DNA of 64,000 nt from Allosphingosinicella sp. (GCA_036402575.1 DASWSP010000084.1:9924-73923), one strand, 5' to 3'. Positions 37,388 to 47,470 are shown, counted from the first letter of the stretch. Notes: a model not told the origin generated them from the letters alone. Made by a program: numbers and translations.

Positions 37388-38533
37388 TCAGCCCCGCGTC
37401 AGGATGGCGGTGGAATGGGAATTGCCGCCGAAGCCCGCGACCGCGCAGACCTCCGCGTCCGGCACCTGGCGCGCGCCTTCCCGGCCGCGCAGCTGGCGCA
37501 CGCCCTCGATCAGCAGGTTCATGCCGGGCACATAGCCGCCCGACATGTGGCCGCCGCTGGTGTTGACCGGCATCTTGCCGCCCGGTTTGGCGTGCCCGGC
37601 GTGGTAGAAGCGTGCGCCCTCGCCGCGCTCGCACAGCCCCAGCATCTCGGTCTGGACGATCGCCGAGATGGTGAAGCCGTCGTAGATCTGCGCGAGGTCG
37701 AGATCCTGCGGACCCATTCCCGCCATTTCGTAGGCCTTCTTCGCCGAGGCGATCCCGGGCACCGCCAGCACGTCGGGACTCTGGGTGAACAGGATGCCGT
37801 GCGGGTAATTGTTGGTGCCGATGCCGACGCCGCGCACGACCACGGGCGGATGGGGCATGTCGCGCGCACGATCGACGCTGCTGACGACATAGGCGCCGCC
37901 GCCGTCGGTCGTCAGGCAGCAATCGGCGACCCGGAACGGAGTCGCGATCATCGGGCTCTGGCGGTAGGCTTCCAGGTCCATCGGCTCGCGGCGCTGCGCG
38001 CGCGGATTGAGGGTCGCCCAGGTCCGGAAGGTTATCGGCACCGACGCCTGCTCCTCCTCGGTCATTCCGAACTCGTAGGCGTAGCGGTTCGCCATCGTCG
38101 CAAAATAGGTCGGCTGTCCGAACCACCCGACCGGCATCTCGAACGCCGCCTTCTGCGGTTCGCGGGCATGGAAGCCATAGACGCCGCCCGGCTTGGTCGA
38201 CCAGATCGCGTAGGGGACGAGCACGTGGGTCGCGAGCCCGGCCTCGATGGCAAGCTGCGCCAGGATCAGCGCCTGCCCCGCCGCCGCCGTCCCGCCCTGC
38301 ACGTCGGTGACGGCGCTGAACGCTCGGTCCTTCACGCCGAGCGTGTAGCCGAGATCGTCGGAGCCGTGGGTGTTGCGGTTGACGACGAAGCCGTCGATGT
38401 CGGCCGCGGTCAGCCCCGCATCCGCGATCGCTGCGAGGCACGCCTCCGCCTCCATCTCGAGCAGCGTCTTGGTGCCCTTGCGAAGGAACTCGGTCTCGCC
38501 GATTCCGGTGATCGCGACTTTGCCGCCCTGCAT
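37388..38533 (-). CDS. thiolase-like (SCP-x / lipid-transfer type) protein
   Basis: 381 aa with VAITGIGETEF N-terminus and a thiolase-fold C-terminus. Paired with DUF35. Confidence 0.8.
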   Translation of the reverse strand: MQGGKVAITGIGETEFLRKGTKTLLEMEAEACLAAIADAGLTAADIDGFVVNRNTHGSDDLGYTLGVKDRAFSAVTDVQGGTAAAGQALILAQLAIEAGLATHVLVPYAIWSTKPGGVYGFHAREPQKAAFEMPVGWFGQPTYFATMANRYAYEFGMTEEEQASVPITFRTWATLNPRAQRREPMDLEAYRQSPMIATPFRVADCCLTTDGGGAYVVSSVDRARDMPHPPVVVRGVGIGTNNYPHGILFTQSPDVLAVPGIASAKKAYEMAGMGPQDLDLAQIYDGFTISAIVQTEMLGLCERGEGARFYHAGHAKPGGKMPVNTSGGHMSGGYVPGMNLLIEGVRQLRGREGARQVPDAEVCAVAGFGGNSHSTAILTRG

Positions 38534-38534
38534 G

Positions 38535-40580
38535 TCAAAGATCCTTGAAGCCTCTGCCTTCGGTCACGAGGCGCTCGACCAGCGGCGCCGGCGTGAAGTC
38601 GTCGCCATGTTCGGCCTGCAGCTCCCTCAGCCGCGCCAGCACCTTCGGTAGCCCGATCTGATCGGCGTAGAACATCGGGCCGCCCCGATAGGTGGGCCAG
38701 CCATAGCCGTTGATCCAGACGGTATCGATGTCCGAAGCGCGCTGCGCCTTGCCCTCCTCCAGGATCTTCGCGCCCTCGTTGACCATCGCCAGGATGCAGC
38801 GGTCGCGAATCTCCTCGTCGGATATCTGCCGCCGCACGACGCCCTGCTTCGCCGAGAAATCGAGCACCGCCTTCTCCGCCACCGGCGACGGCGTGGCGCT
38901 GCGCTTCTCGTCATAATCGTAGAAGCCGCCGCCGGTCTTCTGGCCGTGGCGCCCCATCTCGTTCAGCATCTCGCGCACCGTCGAGGAGCTGCTGGTCGCG
39001 CGGTTCCAGCCGACATCGAGCCCGACCAGGTCGCGCATCGCGAACGGCCCCATCGCGAAGCCGAAATCGTGGATCACTCGGTCGACGTCCCACGGCATCG
39101 CGCCTTCGACGACCAGCTTCTCCGCCTCTCGGTGGCGCGCCGCGAGCATTCGGTTGCCGACGAAGCCGAAGCAGTTGCCGACCACGACCCCGACCTTGCC
39201 GATCGTCCGCGCAAGCTTCACCGCGGTCGCCAGCACGACCATGCTGGTCTTCTCACCGCGCACGATCTCGAGCAGGCGCATGACGTTGGCGGGAGAGAAG
39301 AAGTGGAGCCCGATCACGCTTTGCGGGCGCGACGTGATTGCGGCGATCGAGTCGAGATCGAGATAGGAGGTGTTGCTGGCGAGGATCGCGCCCTGCTTGG
39401 CGATCGCGTCGAGCCGCTGCAACACCTCGGTCTTCACATCCATCTGCTCGAACACCGCTTCGATGATCAGGTCGCGGTCGGCGAGATCCTCGATCAGGGT
39501 CGAGCCGGTGAGCAGCGCCATTCGCTCCTCGACCTGTTGCGGCGTGATCCGGCCCTTGTTCGCGCTGTTGTCGTAGTTGCGGCGGATGATGCCGATGCCG
39601 CGGTCCAGCGCCTCCCGAGAGGTTTCGACGATCGTCACCGGAATGCCGGCGTTGAGGAAGTTCATCGCGATTCCGCCGCCCATCGTGCCGGCGCCGATCA
39701 CTCCCACCTTCTCGACCGGCAGCGTCGGCGTGTCGGGCGGGAGCCGGTCCACCTTGGCCGCCTGTCGCTCGGCGAAGAAGACGTGGCGCTGCGCGGCCGA
39801 TTGCGGTCCTTCGACCAGCTCGTTGAACAACTCCCGCTCGCGCTTGAGGCCCTCGTCGAACGGCAGCCGGACGGCGTTCTCGATCGATCGGATGATGTTC
39901 TCCGGCGCCTGGAAGCCGCGGAACTTGCGCGCATTCGCTTTCCGGAAAGCACTGAACAGTTCCGGCTCCGCCGTCACTTCAAGATCGCGTACCCTGGTGA
40001 GCGGCCGGCCTTCGGCCACGACCCGCCGGGCGAAATCGATCGCGCCCTGGCGCAGATTGCCCTCCTCGACGAGCTCATCGACCAGCCCCATCGCCTGCGC
40101 CTTGCCGGCCGGCACCGGGTCGCCGCTGGTGATCATCTCCAGCGCCTTTTGCACGCCGACGATCCGGGGCAGCCGCTGCGTTCCCCCTGCGCCGGGCAGC
40201 AGGCCGAGCTTGACCTCCGGCAGGCCGAGCCTGGCCGACGGCACCGCGACCCGGAAATGCGCGACGAGCGCCAGCTCGAGGCCGCCGCCCAGCGCCGTGC
40301 CGTGGATCGCCGCCACCAAAGGCTTGGGCGAATCCTCGACGATTTCCGCGAGCTGGCGAAGCGTCGGCTCGACCGGCGGCTTGCCGAACTCGGTGATGTC
40401 GGCGCCCGCGAAGAAGGTGCGCCCTGCGCAGATCAGAACGATCGCCGCCACGGCCTCGTCGGCATAGGCCCGGCGCATCGCGTCGGCGACGCCGGTCCGC
40501 ACCGCGGCCGACAAGGCGTTGACGGGCGGCGAATCCACCGTAACCACCGCGACGTCGCGGTCCATTTCATAGCTTGTCAC
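38535..40580 (-). CDS. bifunctional enoyl-CoA hydratase / 3-hydroxyacyl-CoA dehydrogenase (FadB/FadJ-like)
   Basis: Crotonase FFAGADITEF and GGGLELAL, then NAD Rossmann VGVIGAGTMGGGIA. Start is GTG at 40580 or ATG at 40565. The track's longer extension is rejected. Confidence 0.85.
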   Translation of the reverse strand: MTSYEMDRDVAVVTVDSPPVNALSAAVRTGVADAMRRAYADEAVAAIVLICAGRTFFAGADITEFGKPPVEPTLRQLAEIVEDSPKPLVAAIHGTALGGGLELALVAHFRVAVPSARLGLPEVKLGLLPGAGGTQRLPRIVGVQKALEMITSGDPVPAGKAQAMGLVDELVEEGNLRQGAIDFARRVVAEGRPLTRVRDLEVTAEPELFSAFRKANARKFRGFQAPENIIRSIENAVRLPFDEGLKRERELFNELVEGPQSAAQRHVFFAERQAAKVDRLPPDTPTLPVEKVGVIGAGTMGGGIAMNFLNAGIPVTIVETSREALDRGIGIIRRNYDNSANKGRITPQQVEERMALLTGSTLIEDLADRDLIIEAVFEQMDVKTEVLQRLDAIAKQGAILASNTSYLDLDSIAAITSRPQSVIGLHFFSPANVMRLLEIVRGEKTSMVVLATAVKLARTIGKVGVVVGNCFGFVGNRMLAARHREAEKLVVEGAMPWDVDRVIHDFGFAMGPFAMRDLVGLDVGWNRATSSSSTVREMLNEMGRHGQKTGGGFYDYDEKRSATPSPVAEKAVLDFSAKQGVVRRQISDEEIRDRCILAMVNEGAKILEEGKAQRASDIDTVWINGYGWPTYRGGPMFYADQIGLPKVLARLRELQAEHGDDFTPAPLVERLVTEGRGFKDL

Positions 40581-40581
40581 T

Positions 40582-42657
40582 TCAGCGGATGGCACGGACG
40601 TTCTCCGGTTGCTTGCCGGCAAGCGCGACGCGCGCCTGCCCGCGGATGTAATGTTGCAGCGCCGCCAGCTGCCCGGCTGAGAGCTCGGCAAATCTCGGCA
40701 TTCCGTTGTCGACGAGCATCCCGCCGCCGACGATCGACGCGAAAGTTTGCGCGTCGAGCGGCGTGCCCGCCTTGCGCAGGTCCGGCGCGGCGCCGCCCGA
40801 AAGCCCCTGCGGTCCATGGCAGAGCGCGCAGTGGCGGGCGAACAGCGGCTTGCCGGCCTCGGCCCGGGCCGGGTCGATCCGGAACGAAGGATCGTCGACG
40901 ATCGGAGTCACCATGTTGCCGGTCGGCGGCAGCGTCTGGCGCCCGTCGAGCGCGAAGGTGAGCACCCGCTTCTTCTGCGTCCGGTACTCCCACTCCGGCG
41001 TGTGCCCGCTCGGCCCGATGCCGCGCCAGCTCACCATCACGCTGATATATTGGCGGCCATTGACGGCGTAGCTGATCGGCTGCGCCAGGATCCCGGTCTG
41101 CGCGTCGAACGACCAGATCTTCCGGCCCGTATCCCCGGCGTAGATGGCGACCTCGCCGGTGACGTTCCCCTGCACGACGAGGTTGCCGCCGGTCGTCAGG
41201 AGCCCGCCATTCTTGGCGCCCACCAGCGGCACCGACCATGCCGCCTTCTGCGTCGCCGGGTTCCAGGCGAGCAGGAAGTTCCCGCCCGGCGGGACCACCA
41301 TCTCGGCCGGCGGAACGCCGATGCCGTTGTTGATGAACTGCCCTTCCTGGAAGCGCCAATCCTTGAGGCTCGGCGGATCGACATAGACCCGGCCCTGCTC
41401 GACCGCCGGAATGTAGGTGAGGCCGGTACGCGGGTTGTGCGCCATCGCCTCCGCCGCGTGCGCTCCGACCGGCGAGGGCCACACGATGACCGGCTTGCCG
41501 TCCGGGAAACGCGCTTCCGCAACCTCCACGGGCCGGCCGCTGGCAAGGTCGATACGTTCCGCCCAGGTCACGTTCTTCACGAACTTCTCGGCCGAGATCA
41601 GCTTCCCGGTCGCGCGGTCGATCACGTAGAAGAAACCGTTCTTGGGCGCGTGAAGGATGACCGGGCGGACCTCGCCGCCGACCTTCATGTCGGCCAGCAG
41701 GATCTCCATCGCGGCGTTGTAGTCCCACGTCTCGGCCGGGTTGACCTGGTAGTGCCAGACATATTCGCCGGTATCGGCGTTGATTGCGATGATCGAGCAG
41801 AGGAACAGGTTGTCGCCGCCGCCGGGGCTTCGGATCTTCTGGTTCCACGGTGCTCCGTTGCCCGTCCCGACATAGACGAGGTTGAGCTTGGGGTCGTAGG
41901 CCATGGCGTTCCAGACGGTGCCGCCGCCGCCATATTTCCACCACTCGCCGGTCCAGGTCTTGGCGGCCATTTCCATGGCCTTGTTCTCGAACCCGGCCGC
42001 CGGGTTGCCCGGCACCGTCCAGAACCGCCATTCCTGCTGGCCGGTGTCGATATCGTACGCCGTGACATAGCCGCGCACCGGCGCGAAATCGGCGCCGCCG
42101 AAGCCGATCAGCACCTTGTCGCCCGCGATCCAGGGCGGGCCGGTGATGTAGCTGCCGTCGGCGGCATCGATCGTCTGGACGCTCCACAGCACCTTGCCCG
42201 TACTGGCGCTGAGCGCGATCAGACGGCCGTCGGTCGTTCCGGTGAAGATCTTGCCGTTGGCGTAGGCGATTCCGCGGCTGCCCCAGCTCGCCCGCAGCTT
42301 GTCGCCGGCCGCCCGCGGCGCCTTCGGGTCATAGCGCCAGAGCAGCCGCCCGGTGGTGGCGTCGAGCGCGTGGACGACGCTGTAGCCGGCCGCGAAGTAG
42401 AACACGCCGCCGACCGCGATCGGCGCGGTATAGGCGTTCGGCCCCGTCTCGATGTCGTAGGACCAGGCCAGGCCCAGCCGCGACACGTTGCCGGCGTTGA
42501 TCTGGTCGAGCGGACTGTAATGCTGCTCGCCATGGCCCGAATAACCCGGCCAGTCGGCGGGGTTGGTCGGCGGCGGCGCTTTGTCCGGCGCGGAGCATCC
42601 TGCCGCGGCCAGCGCCGCCGCGATCAGGATTCCTCCCCTTCCCGCTCTGCCGGACAT
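40582..42657 (-). CDS. PQQ-dependent quinohemoprotein dehydrogenase (lipoprotein)
   Basis: Lipobox LAAAGC. ADH-type propeller motifs (GTGNGAPWN, GGGDNLF, ETWDYN). C-terminal cytochrome c domain CALCHG. Confidence 0.85.
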   Translation of the reverse strand: MSGRAGRGGILIAAALAAAGCSAPDKAPPPTNPADWPGYSGHGEQHYSPLDQINAGNVSRLGLAWSYDIETGPNAYTAPIAVGGVFYFAAGYSVVHALDATTGRLLWRYDPKAPRAAGDKLRASWGSRGIAYANGKIFTGTTDGRLIALSASTGKVLWSVQTIDAADGSYITGPPWIAGDKVLIGFGGADFAPVRGYVTAYDIDTGQQEWRFWTVPGNPAAGFENKAMEMAAKTWTGEWWKYGGGGTVWNAMAYDPKLNLVYVGTGNGAPWNQKIRSPGGGDNLFLCSIIAINADTGEYVWHYQVNPAETWDYNAAMEILLADMKVGGEVRPVILHAPKNGFFYVIDRATGKLISAEKFVKNVTWAERIDLASGRPVEVAEARFPDGKPVIVWPSPVGAHAAEAMAHNPRTGLTYIPAVEQGRVYVDPPSLKDWRFQEGQFINNGIGVPPAEMVVPPGGNFLLAWNPATQKAAWSVPLVGAKNGGLLTTGGNLVVQGNVTGEVAIYAGDTGRKIWSFDAQTGILAQPISYAVNGRQYISVMVSWRGIGPSGHTPEWEYRTQKKRVLTFALDGRQTLPPTGNMVTPIVDDPSFRIDPARAEAGKPLFARHCALCHGPQGLSGGAAPDLRKAGTPLDAQTFASIVGGGMLVDNGMPRFAELSAGQLAALQHYIRGQARVALAGKQPENVRAIR

Positions 42658-42672
42658 TGCCGCCGGTCAGCC

Positions 42673-44763
42673 TTACTTGGCCGCCACGGCCTTGGATGCA
42701 GCCCCCGCCTTGGCCTCGCGCGCGCGCTGGCGGATATAGTGGCGCAGCCCCTCCAGCTCCTGATCGGTGAACTCGGTGAAGCTGGGCATGCCGCGCTCCA
42801 TCAGAATCCCGCCATGCACCACGGACTTGAACGCCTCCGAATCCAGGGGCACGCCCGCGCTCTTGAGATCCGGCGCCGCGCCGCCCGCATTCATGCCGAC
42901 GCCGTGGCAGATGACGCAGCTGCCATTGTAGATGGCGGAGCCGACCGCGGCCTGCTTCTCGTCGATCACGAACTCGGGATCGTCCTGGATCGGCAGGTCG
43001 ACCTGCTCGAACGGCGGCAGCTGCGCCTTGCCGTCGAGCACGAAGGTCAGCACCCGGCGCTTCTGCTGGCGGTAGTCCCAGTTGGGCGTGTTCGGGAAGC
43101 TGCTTCGGAAGCCGGTGATGACGGTGACATATTGCTTGCCGTCGACGCGGTAGGTGATCGCGTTGCCGATGATCCCGTTCTGCGCGTTGAACGACCAGAC
43201 CTGCTTGCCCGTGTCCGCCGCGAGCGCGACGAACTCGCCCGTGTTCAGGCCCTGGAAGACCAGGTTGCCTCCGGTCGTGATCGTGCCGCCGTTGATGATG
43301 TTCTTGCGGTCGACCTTCCACGCCTGCTTCTGCGCGATCGGATCCCACGCGATCAGCGCGCTGGTGGGCGGCGGCACCGTCATGTCAGCAGGCGGCGGCC
43401 CGAGACCGGTATTGACGAAGCCGCGCGGCCGGAACTTCCAATCGGGAAGGGCCGGCGGATCGACGAACACGCGCCCGCCTTCCACGATCGGTATGTAGAC
43501 CAGCTTCGACTTGCGGTTGTACGACATCGTCTGCGGGCCGTGCGCGCCCGTCGGGAACGGATAGATGACGACCGGCTTGCCGTTCGGGAAGCGCGCGTCG
43601 GCCGTTTCGACCGGCCGGCCCGACTTGAGGTCGATCCGCTCCGCCCATGTCGCCTTGCCGAACTTCTCGGCCGAGATCAGCTTCCCGTTGGTACGGTCGA
43701 TCACGTAGAAGAAGCCGTTCTTCGGCGCGTGGATCAGCACCGGCTTGATCTCGCCGCCGACCGGCAGGTCGGCGAGCTGGATATCCATGGTGTTGTTGAA
43801 GTCCCAGGTCTCGCCCGGATTGACCTGGTAATGCCAGGCGTATTCGCCGGTGTCGGCGTCGAGCGCGACGATCGAGGCGAGGAACAGATTGTCGCCGCCG
43901 CCCGGGCTGCGGATCTTCTGGTTCCACGGCGCGCCGTTGCCGGTGCCCAGGTAGATGCGGTTGAAGCGCGGGTCATAGGCCATGGCGTGCCAGACGGTGC
44001 CGCCCGCTCCGCCGTGCTTCCACCACTCGCCGGTCCAGGTCTTGGCGGCCATTTCCATGGCCTTGTTCTCGAAGCCCTTGGCGGGGTCGCCGGGGACGAC
44101 GTAGAAGCGCCACGCCCGCTTGCCGGTGTTCATGTCGTAAGCGGTCACATAGCCGCGCACGGGGTTGTAGTCGGCGCCGCCGAAGCCGATCACCACCTTG
44201 TCGCCGGCGACCCAGGGCGGCCCCGTAATATATCCGCCTTCGGCCTCGTCGAGCGTCTGCTCGCTCCACAGCAGGTTCCCGTTCTTGGCATCGACGGCGA
44301 TCAGGCGGCCGTCGCGCGTGCCCGTGAAGATCTTGCCGTCGGCATAGGCGATGCCGCGAATGCCCCAGCCCGCGCGCATCTTGTCGCCGGCGTGCTTGGC
44401 GACCTGCGGATCATATTGCCAGAGCTGCTTGCCGCTGCGCGCGTCGATCGCGTGGAGGATGCTGTGGCCGACTCCGAAATAGATGACGCCGTTCACGGCC
44501 AGCGGCGCCGTGTAGGTGTCGAAATTGTCGAGGTCGTGTGACCAGGCGAGCCCGAGCCGCTCGATATTCTTGTCGTTGATCTGGTCGAGCGGGCTGTAAT
44601 GGTCCTCGCTTGCGGTACGGCCGTAATGCTGCCAGTTGGCGCCATCATCCTCGGCGAACGCCGCCGTGCGGTCGGCATCGTCTTTCTTGGAGCAGGCCAC
44701 GGCGCTGATCGCCAGCGCTGCGAAACCAAGAATCGAAGCCAGCTTCTTCCCGATGCCCTTCAT
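42673..44763 (-). CDS. PQQ-dependent quinohemoprotein dehydrogenase (lipoprotein), tandem paralogue
   Basis: Internal start MKGIGKK at 44763. Signal ending AVAC. Same propeller motifs (ETWDFN). C-terminal CVICHG. Confidence 0.85.
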   Translation of the reverse strand: MKGIGKKLASILGFAALAISAVACSKKDDADRTAAFAEDDGANWQHYGRTASEDHYSPLDQINDKNIERLGLAWSHDLDNFDTYTAPLAVNGVIYFGVGHSILHAIDARSGKQLWQYDPQVAKHAGDKMRAGWGIRGIAYADGKIFTGTRDGRLIAVDAKNGNLLWSEQTLDEAEGGYITGPPWVAGDKVVIGFGGADYNPVRGYVTAYDMNTGKRAWRFYVVPGDPAKGFENKAMEMAAKTWTGEWWKHGGAGGTVWHAMAYDPRFNRIYLGTGNGAPWNQKIRSPGGGDNLFLASIVALDADTGEYAWHYQVNPGETWDFNNTMDIQLADLPVGGEIKPVLIHAPKNGFFYVIDRTNGKLISAEKFGKATWAERIDLKSGRPVETADARFPNGKPVVIYPFPTGAHGPQTMSYNRKSKLVYIPIVEGGRVFVDPPALPDWKFRPRGFVNTGLGPPPADMTVPPPTSALIAWDPIAQKQAWKVDRKNIINGGTITTGGNLVFQGLNTGEFVALAADTGKQVWSFNAQNGIIGNAITYRVDGKQYVTVITGFRSSFPNTPNWDYRQQKRRVLTFVLDGKAQLPPFEQVDLPIQDDPEFVIDEKQAAVGSAIYNGSCVICHGVGMNAGGAAPDLKSAGVPLDSEAFKSVVHGGILMERGMPSFTEFTDQELEGLRHYIRQRAREAKAGAASKAVAAK

Positions 44764-44811
44764 CCCGCTCCCTCTCGACAGCCTTACCCGGTGGCTAGCC
44801 CACTCATTGGC

Positions 44812-44835
44812 AATCCTGCACATAAGTGCAATATT
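44812..44835. promoter_or_regulatory. regulon operator copy O10
   Basis: AATCCTGCACATAAGTGCAATATT (TGCAC-N4-GTGCA), ~49 nt upstream of ATG 44763. TTGACA (minus strand, 44843..44848) lies exactly 7 nt upstream in the direction of transcription. Confidence 0.65.
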
Positions 44836-44913
44836 TACCCTGTGTCAACACGCCTCTCCGGAACGCGTGCTCGCCAGCCACGTTGATGACGGGCTCCAGC
44901 CGAAGGTAGTCAG

Positions 44914-45114
44914 ATGAGGCAGACACTGTGGATGGGCGCCGCGGCGCTTGCGTGCTTCGCGCTCGCCGCGTGCGACCAGCGCGAACAAACGGTCACCGAA
45001 AATCTCGTGGAAAGCCCCGACGCCGGCGGCGCCGCGGAAGTCGGTCGGCCATCGGAAGTCAACGCCGCCATGGGCGCGGAGGGCGCCAACGCCACCACCA
45101 ACCCCGGCCAGTGA
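44914..45114 (+). CDS. small hypothetical lipoprotein
   Basis: 66 aa with lipobox ALAAC, GC-rich third positions and a GAAGG RBS. No family recognised. Confidence 0.45.
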   Translation: MRQTLWMGAAALACFALAACDQREQTVTENLVESPDAGGAAEVGRPSEVNAAMGAEGANATTNPGQ

Positions 45115-45130
45115 TCGGGCAGCCGGCCGG

Positions 45131-47470
45131 TCAGTGATGCGGCCGCGTCGCGACCTCGATCCGGTTCAGCTTGCCGGTGAACGCGCTTCCGGCCGAAGTG
45201 TAGCTGTCGTCGACGGAGGTGATCGAATCCTGCCCGACGTCGAAGCCTTCGGTATGCGACACGACAAGCGGAAAGGTGCGCTCGACACGCGCCCTGCCCA
45301 CGACGCGCCCGTCGGCCTCGAGGATGACGTTCGCCGGGCTCGCGGGCTTCTCCTGGTCGAGCGTGAAGCGCAGCGTGAGCCGATGCCGGCCGGACCCGAG
45401 CGGCTGGTCGCCGACCAGCCGGGTGACGTGCGCGGGGGTGATGTTGAACGTGAAGGCGGGGCGGCCTTGCCGCAGGAAAAGGCTGTAGCCGCCGAAGCGG
45501 CCGCCATGCGCCGCCAGGACGCCGCTCGCGCCCCCTTCCGGCACCTCGATGTCGGCGGTGATCACGAACGAGCGGCCGACCACCGGCGGAGCCGAAGTCT
45601 CGGCAAGCTGGCGCAACGGCGCCGTATAGACGAAGCTCGAGCGCCCGACATGGAGATCGGGGCGTCCCTGCTGGCGCCCTTCGCTCGAGTGGATCGGCAA
45701 TAGCCCGGCCTTCCCCGCCTGGGCCCAGAACGTCGCCTTCATCCGCTCGAGCCGCCGGGGCTCGATGGCGGCAAGGTCGCGCGACTGGTTGAAATCCTCG
45801 GCGACGTTGTAGAGCTCCCATTTGCGGTCGTCGAACGCGACCGGCGGTGGCGGACTCGTTTCCCAAGGCGTGACGGCGGGCGTCGTCGCGACCACCCAGC
45901 CGTCCTGGTAGAGGCTGGCATTCTCGCCGACCGCCGACACCTGCATGGTGCGCCGCGAAGCCGCCCCCGGTTCGGCGATCGTGTAGCGCATGCTGATGCC
46001 GGTGATCGGCTGCTGCGCGACACCCTCGATGCTCGGCGGCGGCTGGACGCCGGCAATGTCGAGCACCGTCGGCATGACGTCGCTGACATGCATGAATTGG
46101 TCGCGGATCGCGCCGGGATCGCGCACCCGCCCCGGCCATGACAGCACCATGCCGTTGCGCACGCCGCCGAAATGGGACGCGTAGCGCTTGGCCCATTTGA
46201 ACGGCGCGTTGAGCGCCCAGCCCCAGCCGCCGGGATAGAGGCTGTAAGTGCTGCGGGTGCCGATCTCGTCGATATGCGCGTAAGCGTGGTCGATCGACTC
46301 GCGAATGCCGCTCAGCGGCGACTGCTCGTACAGCTTGCCGTCGAAGCTGCCTTCGGCGCTGGCGCCGTTGTCGCCCTGGATGAAGATGATCAGCGTGTTG
46401 TCATAGTCGCCGCTGGCCTTGAGGCTGTCGATCACCCGCCCGATCTGGAAGTCGGCGAAGGCGAGCGAAGCGGCATAGGCTTCCATGTGCCGGGCATAGA
46501 GCCGCTTCTTCTCGGGCGGCAGCGAGTCCCAGCGCGGAAGGGTCTCGGGCCTCGGCACGTCGACCACGTTTTCGGGGATCACGCCGATCGCCCGCTGCCG
46601 CTCGACGATCTGGCTTCTGAGGGCTTCCCAGCCCCGATCGAATTTCCCGCGGAATTTCCGAAGCCACTCGTCGGGCGCGTGATTGGGGGCGTGCGCGGTA
46701 CCGGGCGCGAGATAGACGAAGAACGGCTTGTCCGGCGCCGCCCCCTGCTGCTCGCCGATCCATTGGATGGCGCGGTCCGCCAGGTCGCGGTCGAGATGAT
46801 AATCGGGGCTGTTCGGCACCGATGTCACGGGCCGGGTATTCTCGACGAGGTTGGGCTCGTACTGGCTCGTGTCGGCGCCGAGGAAGCCGTAATAATATTC
46901 GAAGCCGAGGCCCGTCGGCCAGCGGTCGAACGGGCCGGCCTGGCTCATCTCCCATTCCGGAGTCACGTGCGCCTTGCCGAACATCGCGGTGTTGTAGCCG
47001 GCGTCGCGCAGGATCCGGGCCATCGTGCCGGCGCTTTTCGGAATGACGCTGCTGTGGCCGTCATAGCCCGTCGCCCAGTTGGAGACGTAGCCCATTTCCA
47101 CGGCCTGCGGGTCGCGCCCCGTCAGCAGGGAGGCCCGGGTGGGCGAGCAGATCGCCGTGGTGTGGAAGCGGTTGTAGCGGAGGCCCTCGCGGGCCAGCGC
47201 GTCCAGCGTCGGCGTCGGGATCGGGCCGCCGAACGTGCTCGAGGCGCCGAAGCCGACGTCGTCGGTCATGATGATCAGGACGTTCGGTGCGCCCGCCGGC
47301 GCCCGGACCGGCTGCGGCCAGACCGGCGGCGAGGATTCGGCCAGGGTTCGGCCGACCACCTTTTGAGCCGGGGCGGCCGCGGCGGCGGCGAAGGGCTGCG
47401 GTAGGAGCAAAGCGAAGATGCCTGCTACCGCCGCCAGCTTCGCCCCGCTCGCCCGCCTCCCTCGAATCAT
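45131..47470 (-). CDS. Cys-type arylsulfatase with C-terminal lectin-like extension (779 aa)
   Basis: Signal peptide, LIIMTDDVGFG, and formylglycine motif CSPTRASLLTGR. AGGGGAG RBS. Confidence 0.85.
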   Translation of the reverse strand: MIRGRRASGAKLAAVAGIFALLLPQPFAAAAAAPAQKVVGRTLAESSPPVWPQPVRAPAGAPNVLIIMTDDVGFGASSTFGGPIPTPTLDALAREGLRYNRFHTTAICSPTRASLLTGRDPQAVEMGYVSNWATGYDGHSSVIPKSAGTMARILRDAGYNTAMFGKAHVTPEWEMSQAGPFDRWPTGLGFEYYYGFLGADTSQYEPNLVENTRPVTSVPNSPDYHLDRDLADRAIQWIGEQQGAAPDKPFFVYLAPGTAHAPNHAPDEWLRKFRGKFDRGWEALRSQIVERQRAIGVIPENVVDVPRPETLPRWDSLPPEKKRLYARHMEAYAASLAFADFQIGRVIDSLKASGDYDNTLIIFIQGDNGASAEGSFDGKLYEQSPLSGIRESIDHAYAHIDEIGTRSTYSLYPGGWGWALNAPFKWAKRYASHFGGVRNGMVLSWPGRVRDPGAIRDQFMHVSDVMPTVLDIAGVQPPPSIEGVAQQPITGISMRYTIAEPGAASRRTMQVSAVGENASLYQDGWVVATTPAVTPWETSPPPPVAFDDRKWELYNVAEDFNQSRDLAAIEPRRLERMKATFWAQAGKAGLLPIHSSEGRQQGRPDLHVGRSSFVYTAPLRQLAETSAPPVVGRSFVITADIEVPEGGASGVLAAHGGRFGGYSLFLRQGRPAFTFNITPAHVTRLVGDQPLGSGRHRLTLRFTLDQEKPASPANVILEADGRVVGRARVERTFPLVVSHTEGFDVGQDSITSVDDSYTSAGSAFTGKLNRIEVATRPHH

